A DNA stretch of 60,995 nt from an uncultured archaeon (GTDB lineage Archaea; Asgardarchaeota; Lokiarchaeia; Sigyniarchaeales; SOKP01). The stretch's first letter is position 1, and the number at the start of each line of letters is the position of its first letter. The translations under genes were made by a program, and so were the position numbers. The notes under the pieces were generated by a model. That model saw only the letters and a list, made by a program, of their open reading frames with translations, was not told the DNA's origin and searched no databases. The stretch is from positions 1 to 60,995 of the forward strand of contig CAZGJX010000010.1 in assembly GCA_964525635.1 (NCBI GenBank), read 5' to 3'. Of the stretch, positions 30,415 through 41,419 are shown one piece after another.

Positions 30415-31191
30415 AAAAAATCCTATCTAATATGTGATAGTAAAAGTAAAAATAATCTTACTTAATTGAAATATTATGAAAATTTTACGAATTACAATAT
30501 ATATAAGACAATTCTAATTTATTAATCTTAGGTAATTTTTTATTCTCTGGATAAAGATAGAAATCTCATTTAATCAACTAAACTCTTAGGATAATACCAA
30601 ATATCACAGAAATTCCTTTGTTAATCCTATAATTCAACATAATTTATTTATTCGTCTCAAAATTTAAAAAGAATTTTCCTAAATAGAAATTAGTTTCTCT
30701 TTATTTTCCTCTATATTTTTAACTATAATTGTTATATTTAATCTCTGATGAATTATTTTATAAGTTCTGTAAGATTTTTTTTATTTTTCTTGAACTTAAT
30801 ATAATATATCATAGATTAAAAGATCAGAACTTAATTCATTAGGATTAGAAGTTTAATAAAATACTCATTTAAGAATTAAGTTTATTATATCTTTTATATT
30901 TGATATTTATATTCAAGAAGAATTATACTTATCTTTTTTTTTTATTATATTTATTATGAAAAAATCATGTTATTTCCTATTTAAATGGGTCATGAAAATT
31001 TATGCCATATTCTTATAATAAACCATAAAATGACGCTTCATTTGAGGATAATTTCTTACTTATTAATTAGTAGAATGAGTATGACTAAATTAAAGGATTT
31101 ATAAACTATTTTATACTGTTAAGATACTTGTTTTTAGTAAAAGGCTTCACTTTTTTATCTTAAGTCATAAAAAGTAAATTTTTATATAATA

Positions 31192-32061
31192 TCATTTATT
31201 TCTCCTTATTTCTTCAGCAATTTTTATTATTTCTATTAATTGATTATTTACATCATGTGTTCTAATGATATGAGCTCCATTAAATACTGAAATTGAAGTA
31301 GCAGATAATGTTCCATTATATCTTTTTTCAGGTGAATTTCTATATTTACCTAAGGTTGTTGCTATAAATGATTTCCTTGAAAGAGCAACTAAAATTGGTA
31401 GGTTAAAAACTCTTAATTTTTGAAGGTTTCCAATTATTTTTAGATCATATGTGTGATTCTTATTTTCAATCCATTTTCCAATTCCAGGATCAAGAATTAT
31501 TTTTTTCTCATCATACCCTTTTTCTTTCAAGGTCATAATAATTATACTAAATTCCTCGATAATTTCTTCAATTGTTAATAAATCCCCAGGAATCTTTTTT
31601 GAAGCCATTAAAATAACAGGTATATCATGTTTAATTATAAAATTCTGTAATCTACTATCAGTCTTTAAACAACTAACATCATTTATAATCAATTTCCTGT
31701 TAAATTTCAAAGATATATTATAAGCTTTTTGAGCAATTTTTTGATATTGAGTATCCAAAGATATGATTATATTCTCGGGTATTATTTCACATAATAATTC
31801 CATTGCAGGAATAATTCTATTAAGTTCTTCTTCAATACTTATCTTTTTTGACCATGGAGCTGTAGACCGGGCTCCTAAATCAATTATTTTTGCTCCATTA
31901 TTTATCATATCTTTTACTACTAATTCTATTGATGAAAATTCATTGTAAATAGAACCTTTGTAAAAGGATTCTGGACTTAAATTTATCACACTCATAATAA
32001 TAGTGGGAAAATCATCTCCAATTTCACAGAAATCAAATAATTTAGTGTAAATCTTATTCAT
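31192..32061 (-). CDS. folP: Dihydropteroate synthase
   Basis: 'INLSPESF', 'IIDLGARST.P', 'INDVS', 'ILDPGIG', 'SRKSFI', 'IRTHDV'. Confidence 0.88.
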   Translation of the reverse strand: MNKIYTKLFDFCEIGDDFPTIIMSVINLSPESFYKGSIYNEFSSIELVVKDMINNGAKIIDLGARSTAPWSKKISIEEELNRIIPAMELLCEIIPENIIISLDTQYQKIAQKAYNISLKFNRKLIINDVSCLKTDSRLQNFIIKHDIPVILMASKKIPGDLLTIEEIIEEFSIIIMTLKEKGYDEKKIILDPGIGKWIENKNHTYDLKIIGNLQKLRVFNLPILVALSRKSFIATTLGKYRNSPEKRYNGTLSATSISVFNGAHIIRTHDVNNQLIEIIKIAEEIRRNK

Positions 32062-32213
32062 ATTTATAAAAAAAACAAATTCAGATAAGTTTAATTAGCT
32101 TTTATCTATACATGTGTCAATATTTAAAAAACCTTTTTAATATTACATTTCTCATTTGTGTGAAAAAATGAATTAAAAATAGATTTAAAATAAGTTTAAT
32201 TCTCTTTCATAGA

Positions 32214-33044
32214 ATGCATTTATTTTCAGTAAAATTACCTATTATTGGAAAAAAAGATCCTCTTTTAGAGATTATAATTAAAACTATAAAAGAATCCAAT
32301 ATGATACTAAAAGAAGGAGATATCCTTGTCATCTCAGAAAAGATTGTTGCTATTTCTCAAGGAAGAATAGTAAATCTTTCTAAATTAGACAAAATTTCTG
32401 AAAAAGCCAAGGATTTAGCAAATAAATATGATATGGATGAAAGATATGTAGAATTAATCCTACGAGAAGCAAAAATGATTTTGGGAGGAATGAAACATGT
32501 CATATTAACAAAAGTAAACGATTTTCTTATTGCTAATTCTGGTATTGATCAATCTAATGCAGGAAAAGGAAATGTAGTACTTCTTCCTAAAAATCTTAAA
32601 AGAACAGTACTGGATTATTATAAAAAATTAAAAAAATCTTTTAATATTAATAAATTTGGAATAATCATAACAGATTCACGAGTTCAACCTCTTAGAAAAG
32701 GGACTATTGGTATTGCCATAACTACAGCAGGATTTGAACCAATAGAAGATTTAAGAGGACAACCAGACTTATTTAATAGGCCTTTAGAAATTACAATGAG
32801 AGCTATAGCTGATGATCTAGCAAGTGCTGCTCAATTTTTATTAAATGAAGGAAATCAACAAACACCAATTGTAATAATAAGAGGAGCAAATGTAAAATTT
32901 ACAGAAAATCCTCAAATGAAACCTGAGATGGATCCTAGAGAATGTTTATATATGAATATCTTTTCAAAATATCTACTTAAAACCACTAAAAAGTTGGAAA
33001 AAAATATGAATGAAGGGATAAAAAATAAAAATCTAACCTTTTAA
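32214..33044 (+). CDS. cofE: CofE-family gamma-glutamyl ligase
   Basis: 'GDILVISEKIVAISQGR', 'ANSGIDQSN', 'IITDS', 'DLRGQPDLF', 'ADDLASAA'. Confidence 0.8.
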   Translation: MHLFSVKLPIIGKKDPLLEIIIKTIKESNMILKEGDILVISEKIVAISQGRIVNLSKLDKISEKAKDLANKYDMDERYVELILREAKMILGGMKHVILTKVNDFLIANSGIDQSNAGKGNVVLLPKNLKRTVLDYYKKLKKSFNINKFGIIITDSRVQPLRKGTIGIAITTAGFEPIEDLRGQPDLFNRPLEITMRAIADDLASAAQFLLNEGNQQTPIVIIRGANVKFTENPQMKPEMDPRECLYMNIFSKYLLKTTKKLEKNMNEGIKNKNLTF

Positions 33045-33219
33045 GAACCTTCCTTTTTTAATTTCAATACTACAAAAATCAAAATCATTCCTAGAAGTAT
33101 AAAAAGGGCTAAATCTGAAATCCATGGTATATAAAATAAAAACCATGCTAGAATTCCGAGAATAATGAGGAATATTTCAAGAATTACTAATATATATATA
33201 CTAAAATTTTATTATTCAA
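33041..33219 (-). pseudogene. Small two-TM protein gene with a 2-nt frameshift in a (TA)n tract
   Basis: TTG start after AGGT; removing one TA unit at 33190-33200 gives the 58-aa MNNKILVYILVILEIFLIILGILAWFLFYIPWISDLALFILLGMILIFVVLKLKKEGS. Confidence 0.35.
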
Positions 33220-33450
33220 ATTTATAACCTATGTGTTTAATGAAACAATAATTTTTTACATTCTTAAATTAATTAACTATTTTTATCATTATTTTGATAT
33301 GTATTATAATAATCTATTCCTAAAAATTCTTAAGAAATATAAACAAATTCAGATTAAGATTTTGGATTTTACAAAATTTTATAGATTTTTAAAAATTTTA
33401 GACAAATAATTGAAAAAAAATTAAATTAATTATTTGGTTGATAGGGAACA

Positions 33451-34929
33451 GTGAAAATCTTAGATTCAATGGCATATGAACTTATTGAGAAAATTAGACA
33501 TAAAAAAATAAGTATCGTTGAAATTATTCAACAAACTATTGATAAAATAGAAGAAACCGAACAATTAGTCCATTCATTTGTCAATTTATCATTTGAAGAT
33601 GCGATAAAAAAAGCAAAAGTATTAGATGAGAAGTTAAACAAAGGACAACAATTAGGTAGGTTATATGGATTACCAATTGCTATTAAAGATGTAATATGCG
33701 TAAAAAATAGTCTAACAACATGTGGTTCAAAAATTCTTGAAAATTATAAACCCCCTTACCATGCTACAGTATCAGAAAAGCTCCTTGAAAAAGAAAGTGG
33801 AATCTGTATTGGTAGAACAAACATGGATGAATTCGCAATGGGGAGTTCAACAGAAAATAGTAGTTATGGGCCCACTTATAATCCATGGAATTTGGAGTGT
33901 GTTCCAGGAGGTTCTAGTGGTGGTGCTGCATCAAGTGTTGCTTCAGGACAAGTATCCCTTTCTTTGGGGACTGATACTGGAGGAAGTATTAGATGCCCTG
34001 CATCATATTGTGGTGTTGTAGGATTAAAACCAACCTATGGGAGAGTATCCCGATATGGTTTAGTTTCTTATGCTAATTCTTTAGATGTAATTGGCCCCAT
34101 AGCCAGATGTGTTAAGGATACAGCATTCCTTCTTGAGATAATAGCAGGTCATGATCCATTAGATTCAACCACAGTTAATATAAATATTGACAAATACACA
34201 GAATATTTAGATAATTCTATTAAAGATAAGACTTTAGGTGTTCCTAAAGAGTTTTTTGGAGAAGGAATAGACCAATCTGTAAAAATTAAAGTAAATGATG
34301 CTATTAATACATTAGAAAAACAAGGAGCCACTATACAAGAAGTATCATTTCCCCATTTAGAATATAGTATACCAACTTATTATTTAATAGCTATGAGTGA
34401 GGCAAGTTCAAATTTAGCTAGGTTTGATGGATTAAGATATGGGAGAATGGATGATAAAAATGATGGAGATGTCTTTGAAATCTTTAGTAGAACAAGAGGC
34501 AAAAAATTTGGAGAAGAAGTTAGAAGAAGAATAATTTTAGGTACATATACTTTATCAGCTGGATATTATGATATGTTTTATATTAAAGCTCTGAAAGTAC
34601 GTACATTAATAAAACAGGATTTTAAAAATGCTTTTGATAAGTGTGATGCAATTGTGTGTCCTACAATGCCCACAACTGCTTTTAAAATAGGAGAACTCAT
34701 TAACGATCCTTTACAGATGTATTTAATGGATATATTAACATGTCCTGTTAATTTAGCTGGATTACCTGCATTATCTATCCCGTGTGGATTTGATGGGAAG
34801 AATCTACCTATTGGATTTCAGATCATTGGAAACTATTTTAATGAAAAAATAATATTGAATATAGGTTATTTACTTGAACAAAAATTAAATATTTACAGAA
34901 AAATTCCAGAAATTAAAAGTAAAAACTAA
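33451..34929 (+). CDS. gatA: Asp/Glu-tRNA amidotransferase subunit A
   Basis: 'AIKD', 'NMDEFAMGSSTENS', 'PGGSSGG', 'GTDTGGSIR', 'SSNLARFDG'. Confidence 0.96.
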   Translation: MKILDSMAYELIEKIRHKKISIVEIIQQTIDKIEETEQLVHSFVNLSFEDAIKKAKVLDEKLNKGQQLGRLYGLPIAIKDVICVKNSLTTCGSKILENYKPPYHATVSEKLLEKESGICIGRTNMDEFAMGSSTENSSYGPTYNPWNLECVPGGSSGGAASSVASGQVSLSLGTDTGGSIRCPASYCGVVGLKPTYGRVSRYGLVSYANSLDVIGPIARCVKDTAFLLEIIAGHDPLDSTTVNINIDKYTEYLDNSIKDKTLGVPKEFFGEGIDQSVKIKVNDAINTLEKQGATIQEVSFPHLEYSIPTYYLIAMSEASSNLARFDGLRYGRMDDKNDGDVFEIFSRTRGKKFGEEVRRRIILGTYTLSAGYYDMFYIKALKVRTLIKQDFKNAFDKCDAIVCPTMPTTAFKIGELINDPLQMYLMDILTCPVNLAGLPALSIPCGFDGKNLPIGFQIIGNYFNEKIILNIGYLLEQKLNIYRKIPEIKSKN

Positions 34930-35193
34930 TTAAACGATTTTAAAATAGATCTTTTGTATATTTTAATTTTAATCTTTTATTTCTTTTGATTATAAGAAAA
35001 AATTGTAATTATATTCTCACTCTTCATTTAACCAATTCAAGAATTTCTATTTTAAATGCTTAAATTTAATAGAATGAAATTTTATATATTTTTTTGAAGA
35101 TAAATTGGATTTGATTTTAAACCAAGACATAATTAAACCCTATAAAAAATCATTTATTTATTATTAAATCAAATTCTTCATTTAGGGAGGTTT

Positions 35194-36342
35194 TTGGTGT
35201 TGGAAAAAATTGATACTAAGGAAATATTTGCCATCGCTCATAAATCAAAATGGAGCTTGATTAAGAGATTTATAAAAAAGATAATTCAAAAAACAATAAA
35301 CAAAAATTCAGGATATGAATTAGTAGGTTTAGATATTAGGATTAATAGTAGTATTAAGAATGAATTTAGTAAGAAATTTACAGATATTAATCAGTTAAAG
35401 ATCTTGGATAAAATAGATGATTTTAAAATTATCTCATTATACCAATCTGATGAATTTATCAATAATCATCTGAATCTATCTACAGAAAAAGAAATTATAA
35501 TTTTAATTGCAAAATTTATGGGTCCTGATCTAGAGTATGCTGGTACCTTTGATTTCTCAATAGAAGTTGATAGTATAAATCCTCCCTATTTTACAAATTC
35601 AGTCGGTCAAGTCCTAAGTCCTAAAGAATTTGTTGACCTTTTTAATAAAATATCCAATTCTAAATCTTTAAAAAATAACAATGAATCTATAACCAAACAC
35701 TATACCGAGATTGAAAAGCAAATATATGAGAAATTAAAGAATAAAAAAGCAGTATGGGGAGGTTCAGAAACTCAAGCATTTAAAAAATGGAAAAAAAAAA
35801 TCAATAATGACTATCATAAAAAGAACGGAAAAAATCCTTATTATAATGGAAATCCAACTAAAAATTATGAAATATTTTTAACTAATATGTTGAAAGGGAA
35901 AGTAAAAAGAATTATAATTAAAAACGATATCGAGACTGAAAAGCAAATATATGAGAAATTGAAGAATAAAAAAGCAGTATGGGGAGGTTCAGAAACTCAA
36001 GCATTTAAAAAATGGAAAAAAAAAATCAATAATGACTATCATAAAAAGAACGGAAAAAATCCTTATTATAATGGAAATCCAACTAAAAATTATGAAATAT
36101 TTTTAACTAATATGTTGAAAGGGAAAGTAAAAAGAATTATAATTAAAAACGATATCGAGACTGAAAAGCAAATATATGAGAAATTGAAGAATAAAAAAGC
36201 AGTATGGGGAGGTTCAGAAACTCAAGCATTTAAAAAATGGAAAAAAAAAATCAATAATGACTATCATAAAAAGACCGGAAAAAATCCTTATTATAATGGA
36301 AAACCAACTAAAAATTATAATGAATTTTTAGAAAATTATTAA
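35194..36342 (+). CDS. Hypothetical basic protein with C-terminal tandem 75-aa repeats
   Basis: 'EKQIYEKLKNKKAVWGGSETQAFKKWK...KNPYYNG.PTKNY' x3. Confidence 0.75.
   Translation: MVLEKIDTKEIFAIAHKSKWSLIKRFIKKIIQKTINKNSGYELVGLDIRINSSIKNEFSKKFTDINQLKILDKIDDFKIISLYQSDEFINNHLNLSTEKEIIILIAKFMGPDLEYAGTFDFSIEVDSINPPYFTNSVGQVLSPKEFVDLFNKISNSKSLKNNNESITKHYTEIEKQIYEKLKNKKAVWGGSETQAFKKWKKKINNDYHKKNGKNPYYNGNPTKNYEIFLTNMLKGKVKRIIIKNDIETEKQIYEKLKNKKAVWGGSETQAFKKWKKKINNDYHKKNGKNPYYNGNPTKNYEIFLTNMLKGKVKRIIIKNDIETEKQIYEKLKNKKAVWGGSETQAFKKWKKKINNDYHKKTGKNPYYNGKPTKNYNEFLENY
35706..36318 (+). repeat. Near-perfect 225-bp tandem repeat (~2.7 copies)
   Basis: Unit starts at 35707, 35932 and 36157. Confidence 0.92.
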
Positions 36343-36446
36343 TAATTATTATAAATCAAATCTAACTCTATTTAGTTTAAATTAAAAAAAATAAAAAAAA
36401 TTGAAAAATAAGAAAAAGAAAAATTCTATTTATATATCTCTGATAA

Positions 36447-37013
36447 TTATTTAATATCAATCTTTTTCTTTTCTGGCATGGATGGTTCGATCTTAGGTAT
36501 TTTAACTGTAAGTAAACCTTTATCTAGTTTTGCTTCTATTTTATCCTCATTAATATTCTCAGGTAAATTAAAGCATCTGTAGTATTTAGAGGAGTGATAT
36601 TCTCTTCTTATTAATTGTCCATCTTTCTCTTCCTTACTTTCTTCTTTTACTTCGCCTTTAATTTCTAAATTACCATCTTGGATGGTTATTTCAAGATCTC
36701 CTTTCTCTAATCCCGGTAATTCTGCTGTAATATTGAAAAAGTTATCATCTGCTTTAATATTTGCTAATGGGGTCCTAAAAATAGGTTCATTATCACTAAA
36801 TACTATAGATAATCCAGGTTTTCTTCGTCCACCAAAAGGCCAATACCAATCATTGAAGAAATTTCTACTTAAATCATCAAAGAAACGATCCATTTCCTGA
36901 AATAAAGAAAATGGATGTTCACGTCTCACACTTAATTCATGAGTTTTGGATTCTTCCTTATTCTTATTTTGTGTAGTTTCTTTTTTAACTTCAATCTTAT
37001 TATCTTCGGACAT
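36447..37013 (-). CDS. Hsp20/alpha-crystallin small heat-shock protein
   Basis: 'AELPGLEKGDLEI', 'FNLPENI', 'AKLDKGLLTVKIPK'. Confidence 0.92.
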   Translation of the reverse strand: MSEDNKIEVKKETTQNKNKEESKTHELSVRREHPFSLFQEMDRFFDDLSRNFFNDWYWPFGGRRKPGLSIVFSDNEPIFRTPLANIKADDNFFNITAELPGLEKGDLEITIQDGNLEIKGEVKEESKEEKDGQLIRREYHSSKYYRCFNLPENINEDKIEAKLDKGLLTVKIPKIEPSMPEKKKIDIK

Positions 37014-37286
37014 TTAATCCACCTCTTTATTATTATTGTTTTTTATATATCTAATTTTTCACTGTAAACAATAAGTTTACATCCACAATTTTACAAAAGA
37101 AAATTTCATATTTAAATATTACGGTTTTAAATTATAGTATGGGTCTCAGATGATTATTTTTTAGAAAAAGCGGGATATTAATTAAAAACATCCACCTTAT
37201 AAAATTAAATTTTTAAAAATGTAAACTTAAAATCTTATGAAAATTTCATACATAATTATAAATTAAGTTGATAATGGGGATTTATT

Positions 37287-38738
37287 ATATTAATCAGTAA
37301 TATTATTTTATTACTTTGTTTTATTCTTGTTATTTTACTAATATTAACAGAAAAATTAAATAGAGCTGTCGCTGCTTTAATGGGGGCTCTCGTTGCATAT
37401 TTTGTCTTAATTTTTATAGAACAAGAGGAATTTTCTATTATTGTTGATTTGATGTTTAGTACTGAAGCAGAAGATTTTGTAAACCTACATTCGCTTATAC
37501 TAATAATAAGTATGATGATAATTGTCCAAATTTCAAATGAAGCAGGATTATTTCAGTTTATTGCAATATATTTGATAAAATTATCAAAAGCTAAACCAAT
37601 TAAATTGATGATAATTCTATGTTGTGTAACTGTTTTAATTTCTGCGATCCTTAATAATATTTTAACTGTTATTATCTTAATACCACTTACAATAACAATT
37701 TCAAGAATTTTAAATACAAATCCAACACCATATATTCTTACACAAGCAATATTAGTTAATATAGGAGGAACTCTTTTTTCTATTTCCTCTATTCCAAATA
37801 TTTTAATTACTACTTATGCGAAAATAAGTTTCTTGGAATTTTTGGTGAATGTAGGAATACTTTCTACAATTGTTTTTCTTTTTACTTTAGTATTTTTTAT
37901 ATTATTATATAGAAAGCATTTAACTATTCCTGAAGTTGGCTCGAATGTATTAAAAGAATATAATGTATGGAATGTGGTGCAAAGTAAAAGACTATTATAC
38001 TTATCCATGGTTGGATTATTATCATTATTCATATTTTTTATTTTAATACCAAGCACCTTATTATCTCCAGATATTATTGCTTTAACAATTGGTATTATTT
38101 TAATTATATTAAGTAGGTTAGATCCAAAAGAAATAATTTCAAAGATTGATATAGAACTAATTTTATATTTAATAGGGGTTTTTATAATTGCCGGGGCTCT
38201 TCAATTATTAGGTGTATTGAATATAATTGGAGATTTCATTTCAAATGTTGGAGGAGGTGATACATATCTTCTGTTAATTCTTGTTTTATGGATTTCAGCT
38301 TTTTTAAGTAGTTCAATAGACAATATTCCAATTACTAAAGTTCTTATTCCTGTAATTGCAGATATAGATATATCTGGAATTAGTTCAGATATCATTAAAA
38401 AACAACTCTATTATAGTCTTTCAATAGGCGCTAATTGGGGCGATAATCTAACCCCCTTAGGAGATAATATTCTTGTGGTCAATATTGCTGAACAAAATAA
38501 GAGACCAATGTCAATTAAACAATTTTTAAAATTAGGTTTTATAACTACAATATACCAATTAATGATAATAACAATTTATTTCACTTTAGTTTTTAAATTA
38601 ATTATAGGATTATTTTTAATCTTTAGTATTATCTTATCCATTATTACTATAATTTTTATTATCAAATTAGGACCCAAAAAGATCCAAATATTTATAATTA
38701 AATTAGTATCATCAATCAGAAATTATATAATTAGATGA
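37287..38738 (+). CDS. ArsB/NhaD (SLC13/P-protein-like) ion transporter; probable ATA start upstream of the called ATG 37380
   Basis: 'SAILNNI', 'NIGG', 'PNILI', 'IDNIP', 'GANWGDNLTPLG'; the in-frame upstream region encodes TM1 and 'LTEKLNRAVAALMG'. Confidence 0.8.
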   Translation: MLISNIILLLCFILVILLILTEKLNRAVAALMGALVAYFVLIFIEQEEFSIIVDLMFSTEAEDFVNLHSLILIISMMIIVQISNEAGLFQFIAIYLIKLSKAKPIKLMIILCCVTVLISAILNNILTVIILIPLTITISRILNTNPTPYILTQAILVNIGGTLFSISSIPNILITTYAKISFLEFLVNVGILSTIVFLFTLVFFILLYRKHLTIPEVGSNVLKEYNVWNVVQSKRLLYLSMVGLLSLFIFFILIPSTLLSPDIIALTIGIILIILSRLDPKEIISKIDIELILYLIGVFIIAGALQLLGVLNIIGDFISNVGGGDTYLLLILVLWISAFLSSSIDNIPITKVLIPVIADIDISGISSDIIKKQLYYSLSIGANWGDNLTPLGDNILVVNIAEQNKRPMSIKQFLKLGFITTIYQLMIITIYFTLVFKLIIGLFLIFSIILSIITIIFIIKLGPKKIQIFIIKLVSSIRNYIIR

Positions 38739-38744
38739 CAACAA

Positions 38745-39377
38745 ATGGTTTTTAAAAGTATTGAAAGGATTAAAGTAGCATTACCTGAAATAACGGATAT
38801 TATAATGTTTTATAACAATGGAATTATTTTTCAGACAACCTTTAAACAGGAGATAAATATTCCCAAATTAGGAGAACATATGGCAGAATCCTTAAACCAA
38901 CTTCGAAAAGTCTATGAAATCTGTAATTTTGAATCTAAAGACTATATCAAATTAATATTTGAAACAGAAGATATTTCTGTTATTATTCTTAAACTTGGAG
39001 AAGATAGCAATATTGCACTCTTTTTCAAAAATGAAGATTCAAAAGAGTTAAAAATAAGATCAATTCAGAGATACCTCACTAAAATTGAAGAATTAATTGA
39101 CATGGATGCAAAAGAGTTGATTCTCCAAGATATAATCTCAGAAGAAAATGAGATTAAAGAATTAAAAAAAACTTTAGATCTAAAAAAGAAGGAATTAGAA
39201 AATATCAAGGTTGATTTTGAAAAAAACCTCAATATTGAAAGTAAAGATGATTTAAAGATTTCCTACGATAAAGCATGTGAATCCCTTGAAAAAGAATGTA
39301 ATCATTTAGATCAAGAAATTACAAATAGAAAGAAAAGAATAGATATTTTGAAAAATAAGATTGAAGAACAGCCTTAA
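38745..39377 (+). CDS. Roadblock/longin-like N-terminal domain + coiled coil
   Basis: 'IIMFYNNGIIFQTT...LIFETEDISVIILKLGEDSNIALFF' pattern, then heptad repeats. Confidence 0.5.
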   Translation: MVFKSIERIKVALPEITDIIMFYNNGIIFQTTFKQEINIPKLGEHMAESLNQLRKVYEICNFESKDYIKLIFETEDISVIILKLGEDSNIALFFKNEDSKELKIRSIQRYLTKIEELIDMDAKELILQDIISEENEIKELKKTLDLKKKELENIKVDFEKNLNIESKDDLKISYDKACESLEKECNHLDQEITNRKKRIDILKNKIEEQP

Positions 39378-39696
39378 GAATATAAAAAAACTATATACTA
39401 GTTAAAAAAAATATTTTTTAAATTCATTAAAAATAAGTATATATCAATTATATCTCTATTAAGCACTTTTAAATGTTTAAAAATATCCCAATTTTTATAA
39501 CACTCCTTATTATTTGATAACTATTTTATCCACTACGAAATTCAGATTTAATTAATTGAATTATTCATTTATATTTGTAGAAATTGAAATTATTTATCCA
39601 TATTTATCCTATCATCGAAATATATTGAAAATTTGGAAAATTTTATAATAATATTCATATATTTATTTTATAAAATATGAGGAAGTTATATTTTTT

Positions 39697-40851
39697 TTGA
39701 AAGGTTTAATTCTTTGCAGATTCGACCAAGTACTTGGACCAACTGTTTTATTAAAATATCCTAAAAGTTTAGAAGATAAAATTATTCAGAAATTCTCATC
39801 ATTGATGGATATTCATGATGAAGGATTTTTTATTCACTCATTTGAAAATTATAAAACTGCAAATATAACTTTTCAAATACAAAGTGAGTATGCAAGAGGA
39901 AAAAAAGAATTTCTTCAAATATCTTTAATTCTTAATAGAGAGAATAAAATTGATGAATCTATATTACAAAAATCTTTAGAAGAATTTGTAAATATTTTTT
40001 TAAAAATCGAAAATTTATATTATGCATTTTATACAGATAAATTTCATGGAAATAATAAAAAAATGGAGGAATTAAAAAAGGTTTTTTATACATTTTCCAA
40101 ATCTATTAGAACAGGAATTAAAGCACTTAATGAATCAGAAATTAAATATAAAACCCTATTTGAGAGTGCTAGAGATGCAATAATTATATTTAATTTACAA
40201 ACTGGAACCATAGTAGATTATAATAATTATACCAAAAAAATTATAAAATTAGATGAAACTTTACCTAATATATCTAATATTCGCACTCTTCTATCTATTC
40301 AAGATTATCAAAGATTCAAAAATAAAATTGACAAATTAATCTTGGATGATAATATAGATTTAATCGAATTAGAAATATTAAATTTAAATAATAGAGCAAT
40401 TCCTGTAGAAATTAATGCTAATAAATTATGTTTTGGTGAACAGGAATTGACTCAATTGATTATTAGAGATATATCCAAAAGGAAGCAATTAGAATTTAGA
40501 TTGAATGAACGAATTAAGGAATTAAAAGCATTATATAAAATATCAACATTGTTTGAAAAAAAGAAAATTTCTATAAGTGATCTTTTAAATGAATGTCTAG
40601 AAATAATTATATCTGCTTTAAGATATCCCAATATTGGTTGTATTAGAATTATTTATAATAATAATCAATGGAATTCAAAAAACTTTAAAGAGACAAAATG
40701 GAAAATAGCTACGCATATTAAAATTGAAGATAAAATCTTAGATATTGAAATATTTTATCTTAAAGATAGAGATTTTCTTGAAGAAAAACTTGATTTCATA
40801 TATGATATTGCTAAAAAATTAAAGATTTTTTTCCAAAACAAAATTAATTAA
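39697..40851 (+). CDS. Longin/uDENN-like N-terminal domain + PAS sensor protein
   Basis: 'LILCRFDQVLGPTVL...YP', 'YARGKKE'; PAS 'YKTLFESARDAIIIF...IPVEIN...IIRDISKRKQLE'. Confidence 0.65.
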   Translation: MKGLILCRFDQVLGPTVLLKYPKSLEDKIIQKFSSLMDIHDEGFFIHSFENYKTANITFQIQSEYARGKKEFLQISLILNRENKIDESILQKSLEEFVNIFLKIENLYYAFYTDKFHGNNKKMEELKKVFYTFSKSIRTGIKALNESEIKYKTLFESARDAIIIFNLQTGTIVDYNNYTKKIIKLDETLPNISNIRTLLSIQDYQRFKNKIDKLILDDNIDLIELEILNLNNRAIPVEINANKLCFGEQELTQLIIRDISKRKQLEFRLNERIKELKALYKISTLFEKKKISISDLLNECLEIIISALRYPNIGCIRIIYNNNQWNSKNFKETKWKIATHIKIEDKILDIEIFYLKDRDFLEEKLDFIYDIAKKLKIFFQNKIN

Positions 40852-40891
40852 TAAATAAAGAGCTTTTCAACGTAAATGAATAAATTCTTTT

Positions 40892-41419
40892 TCATATATT
40901 TTTATATTTAAATTCAAGGTTTATTAAAAATGGACTTGATTCTTCAATTTTAGCAATAAAGTCGAAATCAAAATGTTCTGATAATAACTTTTTGAAGAAA
41001 GCCAGAAAAAAAATTGAGAATTTTTCACCTAAATCATGTAAACCTCTGAAAATAAAAAGATCATTTTTAACTCTCACATCTAAATTATTAAACCATTTTA
41101 GTCCTTTTTTCCCAAAGAAATAAGATATAAAAGATGAATATTCTTTTAAGATCCTATTGTTTAAAGGTTTATTAAAAATATATTTTATAAAATCAGATAA
41201 TAGATTAGCCATATTTTCTGAAATTTTTTCCAGAGTTTCTTCATTAGGAGATTCAAGCAAATTAAGAAGAAATCTTTTTGGAATTGTTATCATTTCATTT
41301 GTTGATTCATATTGTTTTAAGTTTATCCATTGTCTCACAGCATCTTTAGCAATTGTGCCTCGTGTTTTATTTTCTTGTTGAGCAATCAGATCTAATTTAT
41401 GTAATATTTTTTCTGACAA
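40892..41419 (-). CDS. Ribbon-helix-helix regulator with C-terminal HNOB/V4R-like domain (true start probably further upstream)
   Basis: In-frame upstream 'FLGFRLSE' strand + 'KLDLIAQQENKTRGTIAKDAVRQW'. Confidence 0.55.
   Translation of the reverse strand: MSEKILHKLDLIAQQENKTRGTIAKDAVRQWINLKQYESTNEMITIPKRFLLNLLESPNEETLEKISENMANLLSDFIKYIFNKPLNNRILKEYSSFISYFFGKKGLKWFNNLDVRVKNDLFIFRGLHDLGEKFSIFFLAFFKKLLSEHFDFDFIAKIEESSPFLINLEFKYKNI

Noticed and set aside
30415-31191. Long AT-rich intergenic region as a replication origin or ncRNA
   Set aside because: No ORB-like repeats, no adjacent cdc6/orc1 gene, and no GC-rich structured segment seen.
35706-36318. CRISPR array
   Set aside because: A contiguous 225-bp in-frame coding repeat with no spacers.
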